Shown here piece by piece: positions 12,101-27,350 of a stretch of 64,000 bases of DNA. Source of the DNA: Trichinella spiralis (Eukaryota). Positions within the stretch are counted from its first letter, which is position 1. Each line of letters opens with the position of its first letter. The stretch covers positions 11,148,161-11,212,160 of the forward strand of contig NW_003526941.1 in NCBI RefSeq assembly GCF_000181795.1, read 5' to 3'. The notes beneath the pieces are model-generated. The model was not told the origin of the DNA and made no database searches. It worked only from the letters and a program-made list of their open reading frames with translations. The translations under genes were made by a program, and so were the position numbers.

Positions 12101-15100
12101 CTAAGATCAATTGAATTTGTTGTTTATGCTTGCAAAAAACTGTAAACTCAATGTAAAATGTAAAAAAAACTACAGTGAAGTTACAAATAAATTTCCAATC
12201 ATCCATCATCTAGCTAAACATTTGTGTCTACTTTGTATGGTCAAAATAACTGTTTCACAATTCATACTTGGTTAAAATATTTTACCCATATGCTTGCTGT
12301 ACACAAAAAAAGACTTTGAAAATCTGATTTGTAAATCTGGTCATCAGTGATTGCCAAATAAATATATATATAAGTGAACAAGCCTGAAGCATATTTGCCG
12401 TTTCGCTTTTCCTTTGCTTTCTTGCACTGCATTTGAAAACTGTTCTCTTATTTTATTATGCAAGTATTATTTGTCTGTAAAATCGTAATTTTCACAAGTA
12501 AGACGTCCATTAATAATTGAAGATCATCATAAATTTATACATCTAAAACCACTTCTCAACAGAGTTTGGCATTTCCAAAAATGATATATTATTTATGAAA
12601 ATAATTTCACAAACTCTTCCAATAAATGAATACTAGGTAGAAAAAAAGAACACAACAGCAAATGAAAGTGTTACAAAAAATTCAAATTATCACAAATAAA
12701 TTCTATGCTGCACATTTTGGACAAAATGTAAATAAATAAATGCCTGCTAAATTGCATTAATTAGCACGGTAGCTAATTATGCATTGTCTCTTTTTTTATA
12801 CTGATGTTTATGCGAAGAATGTGCATTTGGCTCTTTGCATGTGCATTTCATCCGCTCGGCGAGTGAAGGTAATTACGTTCGTTTGAATGCTTTATAGTAA
12901 GACAGCTTTCAACATAAATTATCCCTTAGCAACAAAAGTTTTCCATAAACTCTGCATAAATAACAAGCAACAGCAACAACAATAACAAACCAGCTAGTAG
13001 TAAGCCAAAGAAAGTTCAACGTAAGGTCTGAACACGTAGAAAACCAAACTGGTACACAAATTATTTCAAATCGTCCCTTTGACCAACTTTGACAAAAATA
13101 TTTTTTCATAGTGTCTATTCTTTTAGAGTTAAGAGTTTATTTAAATATGCAAATTGTTCGCATTCTATTTAAGCTTGCTGTTTCGTTAGTTGCATAAATT
13201 TCAACGGCGTACATGTCAAAAAAAATATAAATCAAAAATTCTGTGATAAATATATTTTGTGAGCTTTACTTATCTACTTTTTTAAATCGAATAACACTGC
13301 TCATATCATTTCCATATTATGTTTATTTAGTAGTATTTATTTGTACTTCTGAGCTAAGTATGCGAGTGCATTATCATTTCTTCTCCCATTTGCAAATGTA
13401 TATATAACAAAAAAAAATTCAATCGTGTTCTACGGTTTTGCAAAGAAATATCTACATATAATTTACACATGGCCGTTTGGCAAGAAATGCTTCAACCATA
13501 TGCTCAAGCTGCTGCCATTATAAATTATTTGATATGAAAAGCGTCAAAAAAATTACTGATGAATGAATTGTCTGTCACACAAACTAAAAATCTACCTCCG
13601 AGATGTTTGAATGTCAAACAGAAATTACAAGCTTTGAGCAGTCGGATGTTTCAAAAAGACAAAATTTGTTTTGAAAATGTTATTGCAATTTCAAATTTAA
13701 AGCAAAGCAGTTCGTTCGTTCTCTGGTGCTTTGATCTCACTGGCACCGCAAGAAATCATTTATCAAATGAATTTATTATCATTATAGTTATTGGAATAGA
13801 AGAAAATATGTTCACCATGCATTGAAAGCATTTTAATTCGAAAAGCAACACCGTTTGATGACAAATTTGATTCTTGAAAATGCAACGAAGCTGTCAGTCG
13901 GTCGATCAATATAAACCGATTTACACTTTAAACGTAAACTTAAAATCCTTCATTAGAGAAAAAAAAAGAATAGCCTTATCGCATTAATTAATCGTAGCTT
14001 AGCTGATTGCAAAATAGCGTCAGCGCCCAAAGTCTGGGCAAGTATTTATTGTCGTCCAGGCGTGGTATTTCACTTTCGTGAAAAAGCGTACTGGGAAATA
14101 TGTTGCTGGAAAATTTATCAAATTCCATTTTGGTTTCAAAAAGAAGACTATAAATGACAAATTGAATTGGCATCCTGAACGTGCTGGCAAACGAACGAAT
14201 CAATCTCTTTCAATATCTACAGATGACGTCCATCCAAATGATAACTTTAAAGCATAAAAAAAGCTTAAAATAAATTACTGTATTTTAAATAAACACTTAA
14301 AGTAACGCCTGATCAACTTGGACGAGCTTCAAAGCTGAAATTAAAATAGCACATATTGTCTGTTGATTAGAATATTAATTTATTTACCGTCTTACATTAT
14401 AAACAAATATTACAAAAAAATTGTAAAAAAAACATTAACAGTGCACTCGAACTTTTTTCACAATTTTCAAAAAAATCATCTTTTTATACGGTAACAATAA
14501 CAGCGCTTCGTCTAATGAAAATTTTTGATTTTGCAAAGTGAATCTCAAAATGAAATTAATTTCTTAAACTGCAAGCAAACAAGCATGAACAAACGTAGTT
14601 CAGACAGCAGCGAATCTTCCAAAAGAAAATTAAAAAATTAAAATTTTCCAAATTAAGAAAGTAAACAGAAAAGACGAACAAATTAATCAAATAATTAATA
14701 TTTCTATGAAAATTTTGTTTACAACAAACTGAATTCATATTGCAGATTTCTTTTCTACTTCGATACCACTTTAAATCATTCCTTTAATAAACAGCTTTCA
14801 GGATGTATGTTTTTTTAATAGATTTTATTTACAATGGAAAAAAACAAGTTTTGAAAATAAATGAACAACACATTCGTGTCCTTTTTCATCAATTAAAAAA
14901 ATATAAAGTTGATTTATCTATTTCATTGCACATTCAAGAAAAAAAATACCACATAACTACTGCTAATCAAAATATAATTTGTTTTTTTCATTTTGCATTA
15001 ATTTTCATCATATTAGCAAGTGATAAAACAACATTAACTTCTTTTCGTCGGAAAATAGAAACTTTACTATACCATTGCAAAATCCCTCCAATTTCTATTG

Positions 15101-18100
15101 CAATAAAATCACTCAACATTACCCAACTGGTCTAAATGTGTATGTGCATGATGATTTGTTTCAGTTTAATGTTGTTTGTGTTAAAGTTCTTGTTCTTTTT
15201 TTGCTGAGCTAAATTCAATACAACTAAGAGCTAAAAATAATCAAAACTGACATTTCAAAATGTTTCAGCATTCAAATTCAATATTTGGCAAAGCTGTTTT
15301 GCAAATCAAAGCACAAAAATCTAATTTTCAACCTGTTGCTAGCTGCTTTTGAAATCAGTCACTGATTTACATCTTTAAATTAAAAATTTCACAACTTTCA
15401 CCAGTACAGCAAAAGTGAAGTATTCAATTCAAATAAATAATCGCTCATCAGAAAATTAACATTAATCATAAACTGTGCTTAAGAATATTCCTGTGCTTAC
15501 CGTTGTGAAACAAATTATCATTCTATATATTTATCGTTAGAAATATTCATCGAGTGACCATAAACTGAACGGCTAGAAAGTTCAATGAACAACAGTTATC
15601 AATTGTTACTATTAAAAAAGAAATCGATTCATTCAATTTTATGTTCTTAAAATATTTTAAAGACAAAAAGGGAAAAAGATTCACTTTTAATTTAAATTAT
15701 TCATTATTTGAATAGTGGCAGTTGTTGAAAGAACAAACGTGGGTGGTTTCGGTGAATCGAACGCAGCAGAAAAAGGCACGGAAAGTAGCAACAGCTAATG
15801 CTGCTACGATCAATAAAAGCAGCAAATTTGTGATCGTGTGAAAGTGTAGTGAAACGGATTTACAATTAGCTTCATTGATGAATCCGTCAGACGACTGATA
15901 CTCTTCCAAACCCCTCCATTCAATCCCATTCACAATCACTTCGTCACAAATGTACTTTGAAAGTGCTAATTAAATATCAATTCATTATTACTCTTCTTAT
16001 CAAAGATACAGAACGGGACAGTTTGCTGACAAATTTTACCTCTAAAATAGTTCCAACTTTCCACTAGATAAACTGAATATCTTCTACAGAAATGAGCTAC
16101 TTAGTAAAACATTTTAAATTAAGCATGCAGCATTGCAATAAGCAAAAATTTCAAAAAAATATTTCACTCAATGCAACAAAATTCTTCAGAGCTGTGTTCT
16201 AATAAAGTAAACAGTAACTGCATCATTGGAAGAAAAAATATTTCAATTCACAATAGCTGATTTCGAGAAAACAAATCACTGTATGCTTCACAATTGAATC
16301 AGTTGAGTCATTAAAAAATTAAACTTTTTTAAAAGCCATTTTTTAGATGGATGAAACAAAATTCTCTACTTTTAAAATTTACGTTTTCTCACTGCTTTAA
16401 AAAGTCCATCGAACTAAATAGAACTTCATCCAATGCTTAACACGCACGAATACACAACACTAACACTGCAGGGGACTTCGCGCAAAACTGTGCACTCAAA
16501 AGTATACCTAAAATACTGAAAATGTATTTTTTTAAATCTTCATTTTTATAAACTGTTTTAAAATCGAAAATAATTAAACGTGATTTTTTAAATACACTGT
16601 AATGCTACAATTTTACAAAACCCTGTTTCTTTTATAGTTGGTGTTTTTTATTCAGTGCAGCAATATGATCCGTTTTTTTTCTTCTTCAGTTGAACCCTCT
16701 TATTTAGCCGTTGAATTATTTTTTATTTAAATCATTATGCATTCGTAAAGAATCGTCTTTTTTAAGCTATAGCAGTAGAAATAATTCTCTTTATGATACC
16801 AAATTTGATCAGGTTGAAAATCTGTCCGCGAGCAAAATCATTATGAGCTGACAAGTTGTTTAACTATCACCAGTGAAATATTATCATCATTTCAGTCGTG
16901 ATCATCCATTAGCATTAAATCAAGTCATATTTATTTAGATTTATCTATTTATAGAAATACAGATTTAATATTCGCCGTTTATGCTTCATGAGGAGATATT
17001 AAAAGAAAAACATATTTAAATTAATATTTCAGTTTAAATTATTATTGAATAAGCTTATTCCATGAATAGATATTCACTTCAAATTTTAATGCACGAAATT
17101 TTTATAGTATGAGGTACGTAACCTGACAATCAAATAACAAAAGCATTAAAAATGAACAATGAAAACAAGCAATTTCGTGTTTTTGAAATGCTCTAAAGAG
17201 CTTTCACTTATAATTAAAATAGAGACATTATTACTAATCACTTTTAGAATAAAATCACACAAGTTATTTTAAAAAAAACATTGAAATTTCAAATGCATCT
17301 TGTTCCAATACAAAACACGCGTGAAACAATTGAATTGCAAAATATTTTACATAAATAACAGTTGACTGATTTGATATTGCAGAGTAAGAAAGAAGGTAAA
17401 GTAGAAAAGGTTGCCATAAATTTCTTGATCGGGTCGATGTGGTCGATCAGATCCAGTGAAAATTAATCAGTGTTTAATCATTAACATTAATTAATATTTT
17501 TAATAAACGAATTCAAAACAGTAGACATGAATGATAAGCAAATGAAGAGATGGAGAGGAGATATTTTTTTAAAAATATCTACACCTGCTTGTCTGTATCT
17601 TTTTCGTTCACAAATCAATCGCAAATATGTATATATTATTTTGTTTCTTCAATTAAGCTGAATAAAAGTGACAACTGAACTACTGGTACAAAGAAATTTG
17701 AATAATATTTGCGCGTTTTGGTTTAAATAAATTAGGCGAAATCTGCTTTCAGAGTCGAAATATCAATGGAAACAGTGGTAGATGAAGAGGAAAATATTTT
17801 CCACGGCCGACAAAAGCAAACTTGAACAGAATAAATGTACAAATATTTACTGTTTAGCTCGAAAAATAAACTTGTGATACCAATTGCTTTTTCTCTGCTT
17901 TATTGGTTTATGTGGGTAACCTTTTGCCAACTAATCGTACTTTCAAATTCCTCCTCGGTCCACACTCTATCTGTCACACAGTTCGATTGTCTAGTCTGCC
18001 AGTTGTTATCAACCTCAGCATCATTTTCTTGTTGTAGTTCATTTTTTTTTCTTTCATCTATCATATTTATTCAAATTTTATAATAACTAATTAATTAAAT

Positions 18101-21100
18101 AATTTCCCCTTAGCTATTCGAGTTCAGTCGCATGTTGTTTAGTGTTTATTCTTTGGATTGTTTTTTGTAAATTTATTTTTTTGGCAAAAATACTTTTGTA
18201 TGCCAAAAAGCTGCTGACAAAGAAACCTATTGAGCTTATTCTATGTTCCAATTCATTGAATTGAATACAATTGTGAGAGGAAAAAAAAGCGTCGTCTCTG
18301 ACAGTGCTCATTATATTTGCTGCTTTCTGAACAACCTTGGCAGTGGCAGGCAACCTTTGTTTAGCGTCCCTGCTTGTTTCATTCAACCGCTTCAATAAAC
18401 ATTTGACCTTTATTACAATTATCTGAAAATTGTCGACGATGATGATGATTATGATTTATAGGGGCATATAAAATTGATACGCTGACCAATTTCGATCAGT
18501 TTGCTATGGCCATTCTTAGATTTCAAGTTTTCCATCAAATGTAGGTTTGTAGATTTACTTTTCATTCCAACAAATACCAGTACAACAACAAATATGCATA
18601 TTTATGTGCTTTATAAAATTTTGATCAAAATAAAAAAGTGAATCTGTTAATATTTAGGTCGCAGTTGAAAGAATTAACACCTTAAATGAATATATTCCTG
18701 TTATATATTTATAAAATGACTGAATTTGGAAAATTTCGAATACATACAAACTGTAAAATGAAACGCTATTTTTATAAATGAAAAATCTCACAAATTGAAA
18801 CATATTTAACATAAAGCAAAAATACATCACTTTTTTGTTATACATGCAACTATTTTTAATTTATTATTGCTAAAGATCTGACTGATTATGGATTATAATG
18901 TGATATGTTGTTGTTGTTGTTGTTGATTTACTTGCACAAAATGCATTCGTATGAAATTTCTCAAAATGAAACAAAAAGCACATTATAAATGAGAAAAAGC
19001 GCTTCTGTTAGTTGAAGATCAATGATAGCAGATCAATTCTACTCAGCTGACATTGTTGAATAATTGTGAGATCTGTTGTATTGAGTGAGTGTGCTTATTT
19101 TTTTTTCTTTGCAAAGATAGATGCAGCTTGTCAGATGATGATTGTTCGATTTATTTCCATTTGCTTGGGGATTTGAAAAATGGATAAACGTTGTGGTGTG
19201 CAGATCAAAGCTGCTCTCTCTGCTAGCGGAGAATCCAATTTAAGCTCAGAGAACGCCTTGGGCAAATGGACAGACGGACAAACGGATGGACAATCAGGCG
19301 TTCAACCCAAACGTGAGTGAAATAAGAACAACTAAATAGCCAGTGGAGTAGAACAAAAGATCAATTCTAGGCATAAAAATTTCTATGACCAATGTCCGTT
19401 CCTATTTTGACTAGTATTCAAATTAAAGAATCAAAATAATATTAAGCTTAACGTTGGGCAGAAATCGATGTTTCAACGTTGGTAGTAGCATGGGTAAAAC
19501 AAAGCGAGAGCGAAAAGTTTGCCTGTTGGAACAAATAATAAATGTCCAGATGAAATTTTCATAGCTTGCTTGTTTTGTGAAATTTGTAAATCAATTGTGG
19601 TAAACTACAGCAAGTAAAATACTTAAAATCATGCAATACAGAGAAAGAGAGAGTGGAAAAGGTGGAATTTTAAGAAATAATCCCAGAAAATACGATGTCA
19701 TTTAAAAATAATTGTCAACTTTTCTTCTTCGCGTAAAAATCAATGCAAATTTCCTCATTACTAAATGCATGCAACATTTCTAAACCAAGAAAAAAAGCTG
19801 TTTACTATGCTTTAAGATAAATTTTTATTTTTATCCTCGTTCTGCAAGTGAAAATGAAAAAAAAAGCCAACATCCGCTTATGTTTAATGGCTGGTTGGCT
19901 GGCGGCTGGCTAGTCAGTTAACGTTAGCGAAATGCATGGAGATTTTTCAATTTTCAGCTGCAGCATCTGCAGAATGTCCGTGCAACAAACAAATGACAAA
20001 TTATTTTAACTAATATTTTTTCTCAAAAAAAATCTGCTCCGACTGACTCAAGACTACATGAAATTAGTGCTCGAAAGAAAAATTTTTTCAACAAAATAAA
20101 TATTCGCTTTTTTTGCTTTTGCGTACCTACAAAATTCCCAATTAACACTGAAAAACAATCATTGGCATTGTTTATCAGTAATAATAATAAGAATAAGAAG
20201 AATAAAAGATGAAGTAATAATGATAATAATTACACACAAAATATTATCTAGGAATGTAGAAGAAGAATTCACATATTAAGAAAATAGAATTCAATTACAT
20301 GCAATTATAGAATGCAACACTATAATATTTGTCAAAAAATGGAATCCGTTGATTATTTTGCTATTTAACAATTACATTTCACAGTTGACCATTTTTCTCA
20401 AGTTATCTATATAATCAACGAATGATCAATGCAAAGATTTCAAAGTAATTTGATGAACAATACCCGCCCATTGATATCATAATATTAAATATGGCTAACC
20501 GATAATTGCAACATGACGTCCGGATTTTTTTCTTCATGCCTGCGTTCCATTGAGAACAAACAACTATTGATAAACCAATAGAAGCATTTATTAATAATAG
20601 GATGCTGTTGAAATAAAAGAACAGTAAAGTTCAATTAAGTCTGTGAGCAATAATAATAATGGCTAGTTTTACTTACGCAATTTTTTTTTCAATACATAAA
20701 ATGATTTGAAATTAAATTTGCTCAAGCTTGCTTTGATGAAAAATTTATTATTATAATTGTATTGGTTTTTTGTTTCTTTGCATAAAATAAGGCGTATTAG
20801 ACTTATTTGTCAACTGGACACAGGCATTAATCGGTTTATGATTCTCAATTTCTTCAGAACGGTGTAAAATGGAGTTTAAATGAAAATTAAATTTTAAACA
20901 ACATCCACCAAGCATTGTGCATGCAATTCGCGTGGTATTATTTTTATGGGTACTGGTAGACAATGCTACTGTTGTTGTCAAATAGTTTTTAAATGGGAAA
21001 TATGAAAATAAATTCTATTATAAATTAACACGTCAGAGCGGAAATTCAATTCACATCCTTTTCAAAGTATATTTTCAGTCGTCGTCTTTTAGTCATTTTG

Positions 21101-24100
21101 CAAATCACTGCTCCGCAAATGTTCAAGCGTAACATGAAGCAGCAAGTACAAAGCAAAGATAAAGTTTACGCATATGTTTCAAAATTGTACAGTCGAAGCT
21201 TACAGTAAAGAAGTGTTCAGTGTAGTTCTTCGTTCGATTCTAAACAAACCAACAGTGCAGAAAGTTGGTAGAAGGTGAAATTGAAGAATATGCAAAGAGT
21301 ACAATTGACCAGTACATACTGTACCGAATGTACATTTGCATGGTTCACAATGCTTTTCATTGTCAGTTGATTGAAACTATTAGTAACTCTTCATACTTTG
21401 CTGCATATGTTAAATTCTTTTATGTTTTCTTTGAAATATTTGCATTTGCAAAATGTCAAAAATAAAGAAAAAGCACTGCAAAAGTTCAGCTTACAAACTC
21501 AATATCTGTTTGACACTTTGGAAGCAGTTGAAATTGCAACCAGCTCACAATATCCAAAATGGTTTATTTGCTATTTATCAGAAAATTTGAAATAAAAAGA
21601 AAGAATTTAAATGGGAAACAAGAAAAAAAAACAATTTTTTCCATTCATCATCAAAAGCTAGTGAAAAGCATTGTTGCTATATTTTGCAATAAATAGACGT
21701 ATATATGTGAAAACAAGTGAGCTACTACTACTACTGCTACTAGTGTTTCTTCTGTTGCTGCTGAGCGTCACTTGAAAAATAAACCAGAAACAGAAATAAA
21801 AGAAATAAGTGTGACAATGAAAAAGCAAGTAATTTTGAAAATTCAGACGAGAAAAATAATAAAATTATGGGCACTTGGTTTTTATTTGGTCCATCATCAT
21901 ATGGAATTTTCATTTTCACCATAGTGCAGCGAGCATAGCAATGGTGATTGATAACAAGAAAGCAATGCCCAACTTGTTGTCTTGTTTGTCCCTGGCCTGC
22001 TTGGTGAAAGAATAGAATGATAAGAATAGATATGGATAATGGATTTGAAAATTTTATTTCATTAAATTTGCAAAATTTTTTCAAATTTTAATTATACACA
22101 TGATGTACATGTGAATTTATTGATAATTATAATTCGATTCTTCGTGTTTCGAAGCAAAGAAAATATTTAGCTGGCAACAATGGAAATAAAACAAGCAGTG
22201 ATTTTCAATGAAACAATCGTCAAGCTCTAACTAAGCCAATATTTATCAAAGTGACCAAAACGACGACAATGATTTGTGTACGAAAATGATTCATTGATCA
22301 CAAAACAAAAGCAAAGCAAACTTTTCTATTTAAATATAAAAAGAATATTTGAAACTATCGAAACAAGCACAGCACAGTACAGCACAGTACAGTACAGCTG
22401 TGATGAATTGAATACAAACAAAAAGCACTTCTTTATTATTATTTTTTTTCCAACTATAACCAACTTCGATGTTTTATTTTTGCTTATTAAATATGTTTGA
22501 TGACATCAACGTACGTCAATGATATTTTACATAATGGCAAATGATGAAATGTTTGTTGATCATAGTGTGCAAACAGACGCCCTTTTCAACAGTGACGTCT
22601 TTCTACCTTTGCTGTTGAAATATTTGATATTTTTCCCTGTTTAAACTTCTTCGTAAAACTTTCTACTACAAAATAATATTTACAACAAGCAACAAGTTGC
22701 GCTACTATTCAACTTTTGATATGATTATTTAAAAATTTAAATAAATTACCGCTGACTTGTTCGTTTCAGTGCTCAGATTCGAGCAAAACAAAGCATTTAA
22801 CTAGTTGGCATTGAAAATCATCAACTTGGTGGAAATAGTTATCGAAGAAGAAAAAAGAAAAGAAATTATACACGGATAAATGCAGAGTTTTCCAATGTGA
22901 GATTTGTCGACATTTTACCACCACCACCACCACCACGACGCTTTTTCATTGCAATTTATTAATTATCATTCCATAATGAAAAAAAGATATCTGTGGGCTG
23001 GCTTGGCTGTGTTCAATACAAGAAGAAGAAGAAGAAGAAGAAAAAACCCAAACTTGACCAAAATCACAAAAAAAGAGAAAATAATTGTCAGCTTTTGCTT
23101 GAGTAAATGAAAAATATGATGGTCAGAAATGATGATCGAATCATGTCATCAATTTTAATTGCTAGCATCAATTGACAGTTCAATTTTCTCAACGATAGCA
23201 GAAGTTTTATCAATGACAAACAGAGAAAAACTATAAAACATGATACTGTTACTTGTTTTTACAGTAAGCGAGAAACTTTAGGGTTAGTTGTTTGTTTTCT
23301 TTGAATTTTACTATTTTGCAAAATCAATTCCATTGAAATCTATAGAAAAGTCTTCTTATTCTTCTTTTCCAAACCCGAAACTATTGCTGACATGAATTTG
23401 AATGCAAAATTTTCACTGATTTATTGATTACAGTAAGCAATGATAATGATAATAATAATAACTAGCTCAGCTGGTAGAAAAGAACGCTGTTGAAAATTGC
23501 AACCCCCTAAATCAGAAAATTGCCAACTTTGCCAATAACTAGTAAATAGTTCAGCTTTCACGATTCGAATTACGACCTCGAAATTTCCCAGTCTATGTCC
23601 TTCTCTTTCACTCAACCAAATATTGAAAAATAAATTCCAACCTGCAATTTATAATAATAATACAAAACCATTAATGCGGTAGATAAATTTTCCAGATCGA
23701 CAGTGGAAAATCTGTGATGGATGATGCTAAAAAATGGCACATCTCCATTTGGACTTTTTCAACTCAACAGATGGGCAACACAACAGTGACAATTTGACAA
23801 CAACAATAGATAGGTGTGCATAAATGAAATGTACATGATGTGCACATATTTATGGGTCGACAGAAGATTAACCCCGAGTCAAGTTATTATTATCATTATT
23901 ATAATTATATTCTCGTTCAATTGAAAGCAGTCAACCAAAAATGATCACTTTGCTATTTGCAAGTTTGGTCGAATTTATCTTGCCTAAAAATGCCAGCTTG
24001 TGAAGAAGGTGCAAAATTTACTTTTCTCTCTCTGACCAACTAATATAATACAGGGTGCCATGTTGCTTCGGGTCGAAGCTGGTCAACAATTTTCAATTCA

Positions 24101-27100
24101 ATTCAATTCAACAAAATACACTGGAAAAATAGCCAAATGAGAAATGTGTTCATTAAAAATGGTCAAAATTGAACGCAAAATATTACTTATTGGTCATTTG
24201 CTGGGAGCAATTAGTGATGAGCAAGAAAAAAACGAGCATTTGCAAGTTATCATGATAATAATAATAAAACGTTCTTTAATTTATATCTTTTATAAAAATT
24301 TTAATTAGGCAATTTGTTTCATTTGGATTTTAACGTAAAAAGAAACTTTGCATTTCTTGATCACGAGGTGCACCGTCGAGTCGAATCTTTTCAGATCTTT
24401 CAGTTCACATCATCCGACAACTGTGCTTGACAGATGTCAGCGTCGATCGATTAAGAATGACCAAACGCTGGCAGGCTAGGGTAAGTTCTAGAGTGCATTA
24501 GCTGCTTGTTACTAGCTGCCATCGGCAGCTGGCTCGATCAACCAACCAACTCACCATACGATCCCTCTTTCTCTATGTTCCTCCATCTCTGCTCTTCATT
24601 TCCATTTCATTCTTCCCCTCCCCTTATTATTCTTGCTTTCGCTTTCTCAACAACCACACCTTCACCCTTCTGCTTGCATTATTCTACTCTATTCAACCCA
24701 GCATTATTTGTTTGACGTTGTCGACACACGATCGAAAACTGCTCCTGCACTTTCGGGGTAATCTATCTATCTATCTGTATATGTTAATAATATTTTTTAA
24801 ACATTTTACACTGCTTATTAAAAAAAACAAATTTCCCTCTTCAGCATTTTCAATATATAAAATCATATACTTTGCAAATACAGAAAACGACGATAAAGCA
24901 AAATGTTCCTCATTTCTAGTGTTGCTAAAAAGACCAAAGCAACTATTTCAGTAGCTAGACTAGCAAAACAAACACCTTTTCTCTATTGCAATAATATATT
25001 TCGATTGGGCAAATTTTTCCTAATTTGATAATTATTCAACTTCATCATCTAATTTAATATATAAAATCAAAAATGAACAACTGACATGCAAATGTAACGG
25101 GAAGAATAGAATCAGAGAACCTATACATATATATAAGTTGAGAAAGAAAAAATGTATGTAAAATTTTTGTCATATATACATATAACGTGAGGAATATTTA
25201 AAATTATCACAGGAACGTGTTGAGAATGTGAAGGAGAAAAAAATTCATGTGATTGTTGTTTGGCAATGCAAATTATTCAGCACGTCAGATCATTCATTAT
25301 ATTAGTTTTACTGGTGATGATAAAAATTGATGACGCAGTTCGTGCTTTGACGTACGCCGAAATTCCCACAGCCTCAGTGTTAAATCTGAAAGTTGTTTTC
25401 TCAAAAGCAATTTGAATACAAGAAATCAGCAGTTGTGTATGTGTGATGCGAATTTTTGATTGAAAATTGAATTGAAAAATAGAAAAAATTTATTCATTTC
25501 CTTTCGGATTCATAATATGCGCTCGTAATTTTAACGTAAGTTTGACGTTGTTCGAATTGACGACGTGTTCCAAGTCGAAACAAGCAATGCTTGAAGTGCA
25601 ATAAACAGCTTCAATGAGGAGTATTTATTGAATATGCAGCAAAAAAATAAGAATAAAAGGAAAAAATTAAAGCAATATAATATATATATATATATATATT
25701 AAAGTGAAGTGCATGAAAAATAGGGAGCGTGGTTTTAATAAAATACGCTCGCTTGCGTATGGGTGTGTGTGAATGGACTATTGAATATTATTTTGAAACA
25801 AAAATCATTCGTTCGTTGCCCATAGTAGTATTGTCGTTTGCGTGCAAAATTTATCGTAATTTGTCTTTCTTTGCGAGAAAGAGTTTCAATTCTCGCTTGC
25901 ATTTTGCTCATTTCAAAATCAATACATTCACAGACTTTCAAATTTAGAGGGAAAAATTAACCACAAAATATCCTGCTAAAAGCTTGCTCTGTTGATAATA
26001 ATTTCTACAATTTACTTTTCCATTTTCTCCACGTGAAAGAACAAACTAACTTTTCAAAGGTCAGTAAATGCGTGGGAAAACACCTGCTGTAAAATGTAGA
26101 AAAGGATTATAGATAGCTTGCAATCCATTCATATATATTCATTTTATTCATGCTGTTCGATTAATTCATAAATCTGTTGAATAAATATGACCCAAAAAAG
26201 TATATATCATTATCCAACTGATAACTTCTTAAAAATTGTCACTGTTTGTAACTATTTTTAAATCATCTGTATCCACTAGCAGAAAGCCAATTAGCCTAGT
26301 GTAGTGTAGTAGTAGTAGTAGTAGTGGTGGTGGTGGTGAAGTGTTTTATTGTTCCCCCAATATATCGCCGCCACTTTTGTGTGGGTTGATAATTTTTCTT
26401 TTCCACAAAAGCGTGATCTAGTCGAGGTGAGATCGATTGTCAGTACAGTGGTCAGCTAAAGCAAGGCCAGGCCAGGGTCAGAGTTTTCAGCACCACGACT
26501 GTAATTAGCTTCAGGTCAACGACGGGCCTGTTACAGTCGGGATACGATCGTATTAATAAAACAGTTCACGAACAACTGGTCATCCGCGTGGGGTGGAAGG
26601 AAGCACCGAGAATTAAAAAAAAAGAACAGGATACACATTATATGCACATACGAGTGCACTATATGTACAACAACCTTTCTTACAAATTTTGCATTCAAAT
26701 GCGAATGTGTGTTTTTGCCTTTCAATTTGTTTGTCGGTTGAAGTGAGTAAAGAAAAACTGGCCATAAAACTTGTCGTTTTGTTAGCAGTTTACCTTTTTG
26801 GCCCAGCACGCAGTCACACTGTAGTTTTTGGCATCATTTTAAAGGACTTATTTGTTTATTTGTTTTAAAATTTAATCTTTTCTATTAAACTCAACAATTT
26901 TATCCAGTCATTGAACTGTAAAATAGCAGTTTTGTGCAAAAGTAAGTAAGTAAGTATCAAAGGTTAAAAGTAAGTAATGAACTTTTCCTCAACATGCTAA
27001 TAATAGATGATCACTTTTTGAAGACCAAATCACATAATTTGAAGAAAAATTAAAACAGTGCAAGAGAGAGAGAGAGAGAGAGAGGAGTCGAGCATAAAAT

Positions 27101-27319
27101 GGAGAGAGCAACGCGTTTCTCTAATTTATTTGCAAAGAAAGCTAGCTAGCCGTCAAGGGAACGGTCCCCTTTTGAGCTTTTTCCGAACTAGCTAGCGTGC
27201 AATTATGTACAGCCAGTATGTCTGCTCAGAGAATCGAAAATGGCAACTGACCAAATTGCCTGTCAATTAGCGTCTCTTCCAGTGTCATATATTATATGTA
27301 TATATATATACATTAATAT

Positions 27320-27350
27320 ATGTGCGCGCGCGTGTGTGTGTGTGTGTGTA
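27320..27350. repeat. (CG)n/(TG)n alternating purine-pyrimidine microsatellite
   Basis: ATGTGCGCGCGCGTGTGTGTGTGTGTGTGTA. A similar tract lies at about 29578-29615. Confidence 0.7.

Noticed and set aside
26428..26449. TGAGATCGATTGTCAGTACAGT resembles bantam/miR-58-family miRNAs (seed GAGATC)
   Set aside because: The flanks do not provide a complementary arm for a pre-miRNA hairpin; only about 5 nt pair.
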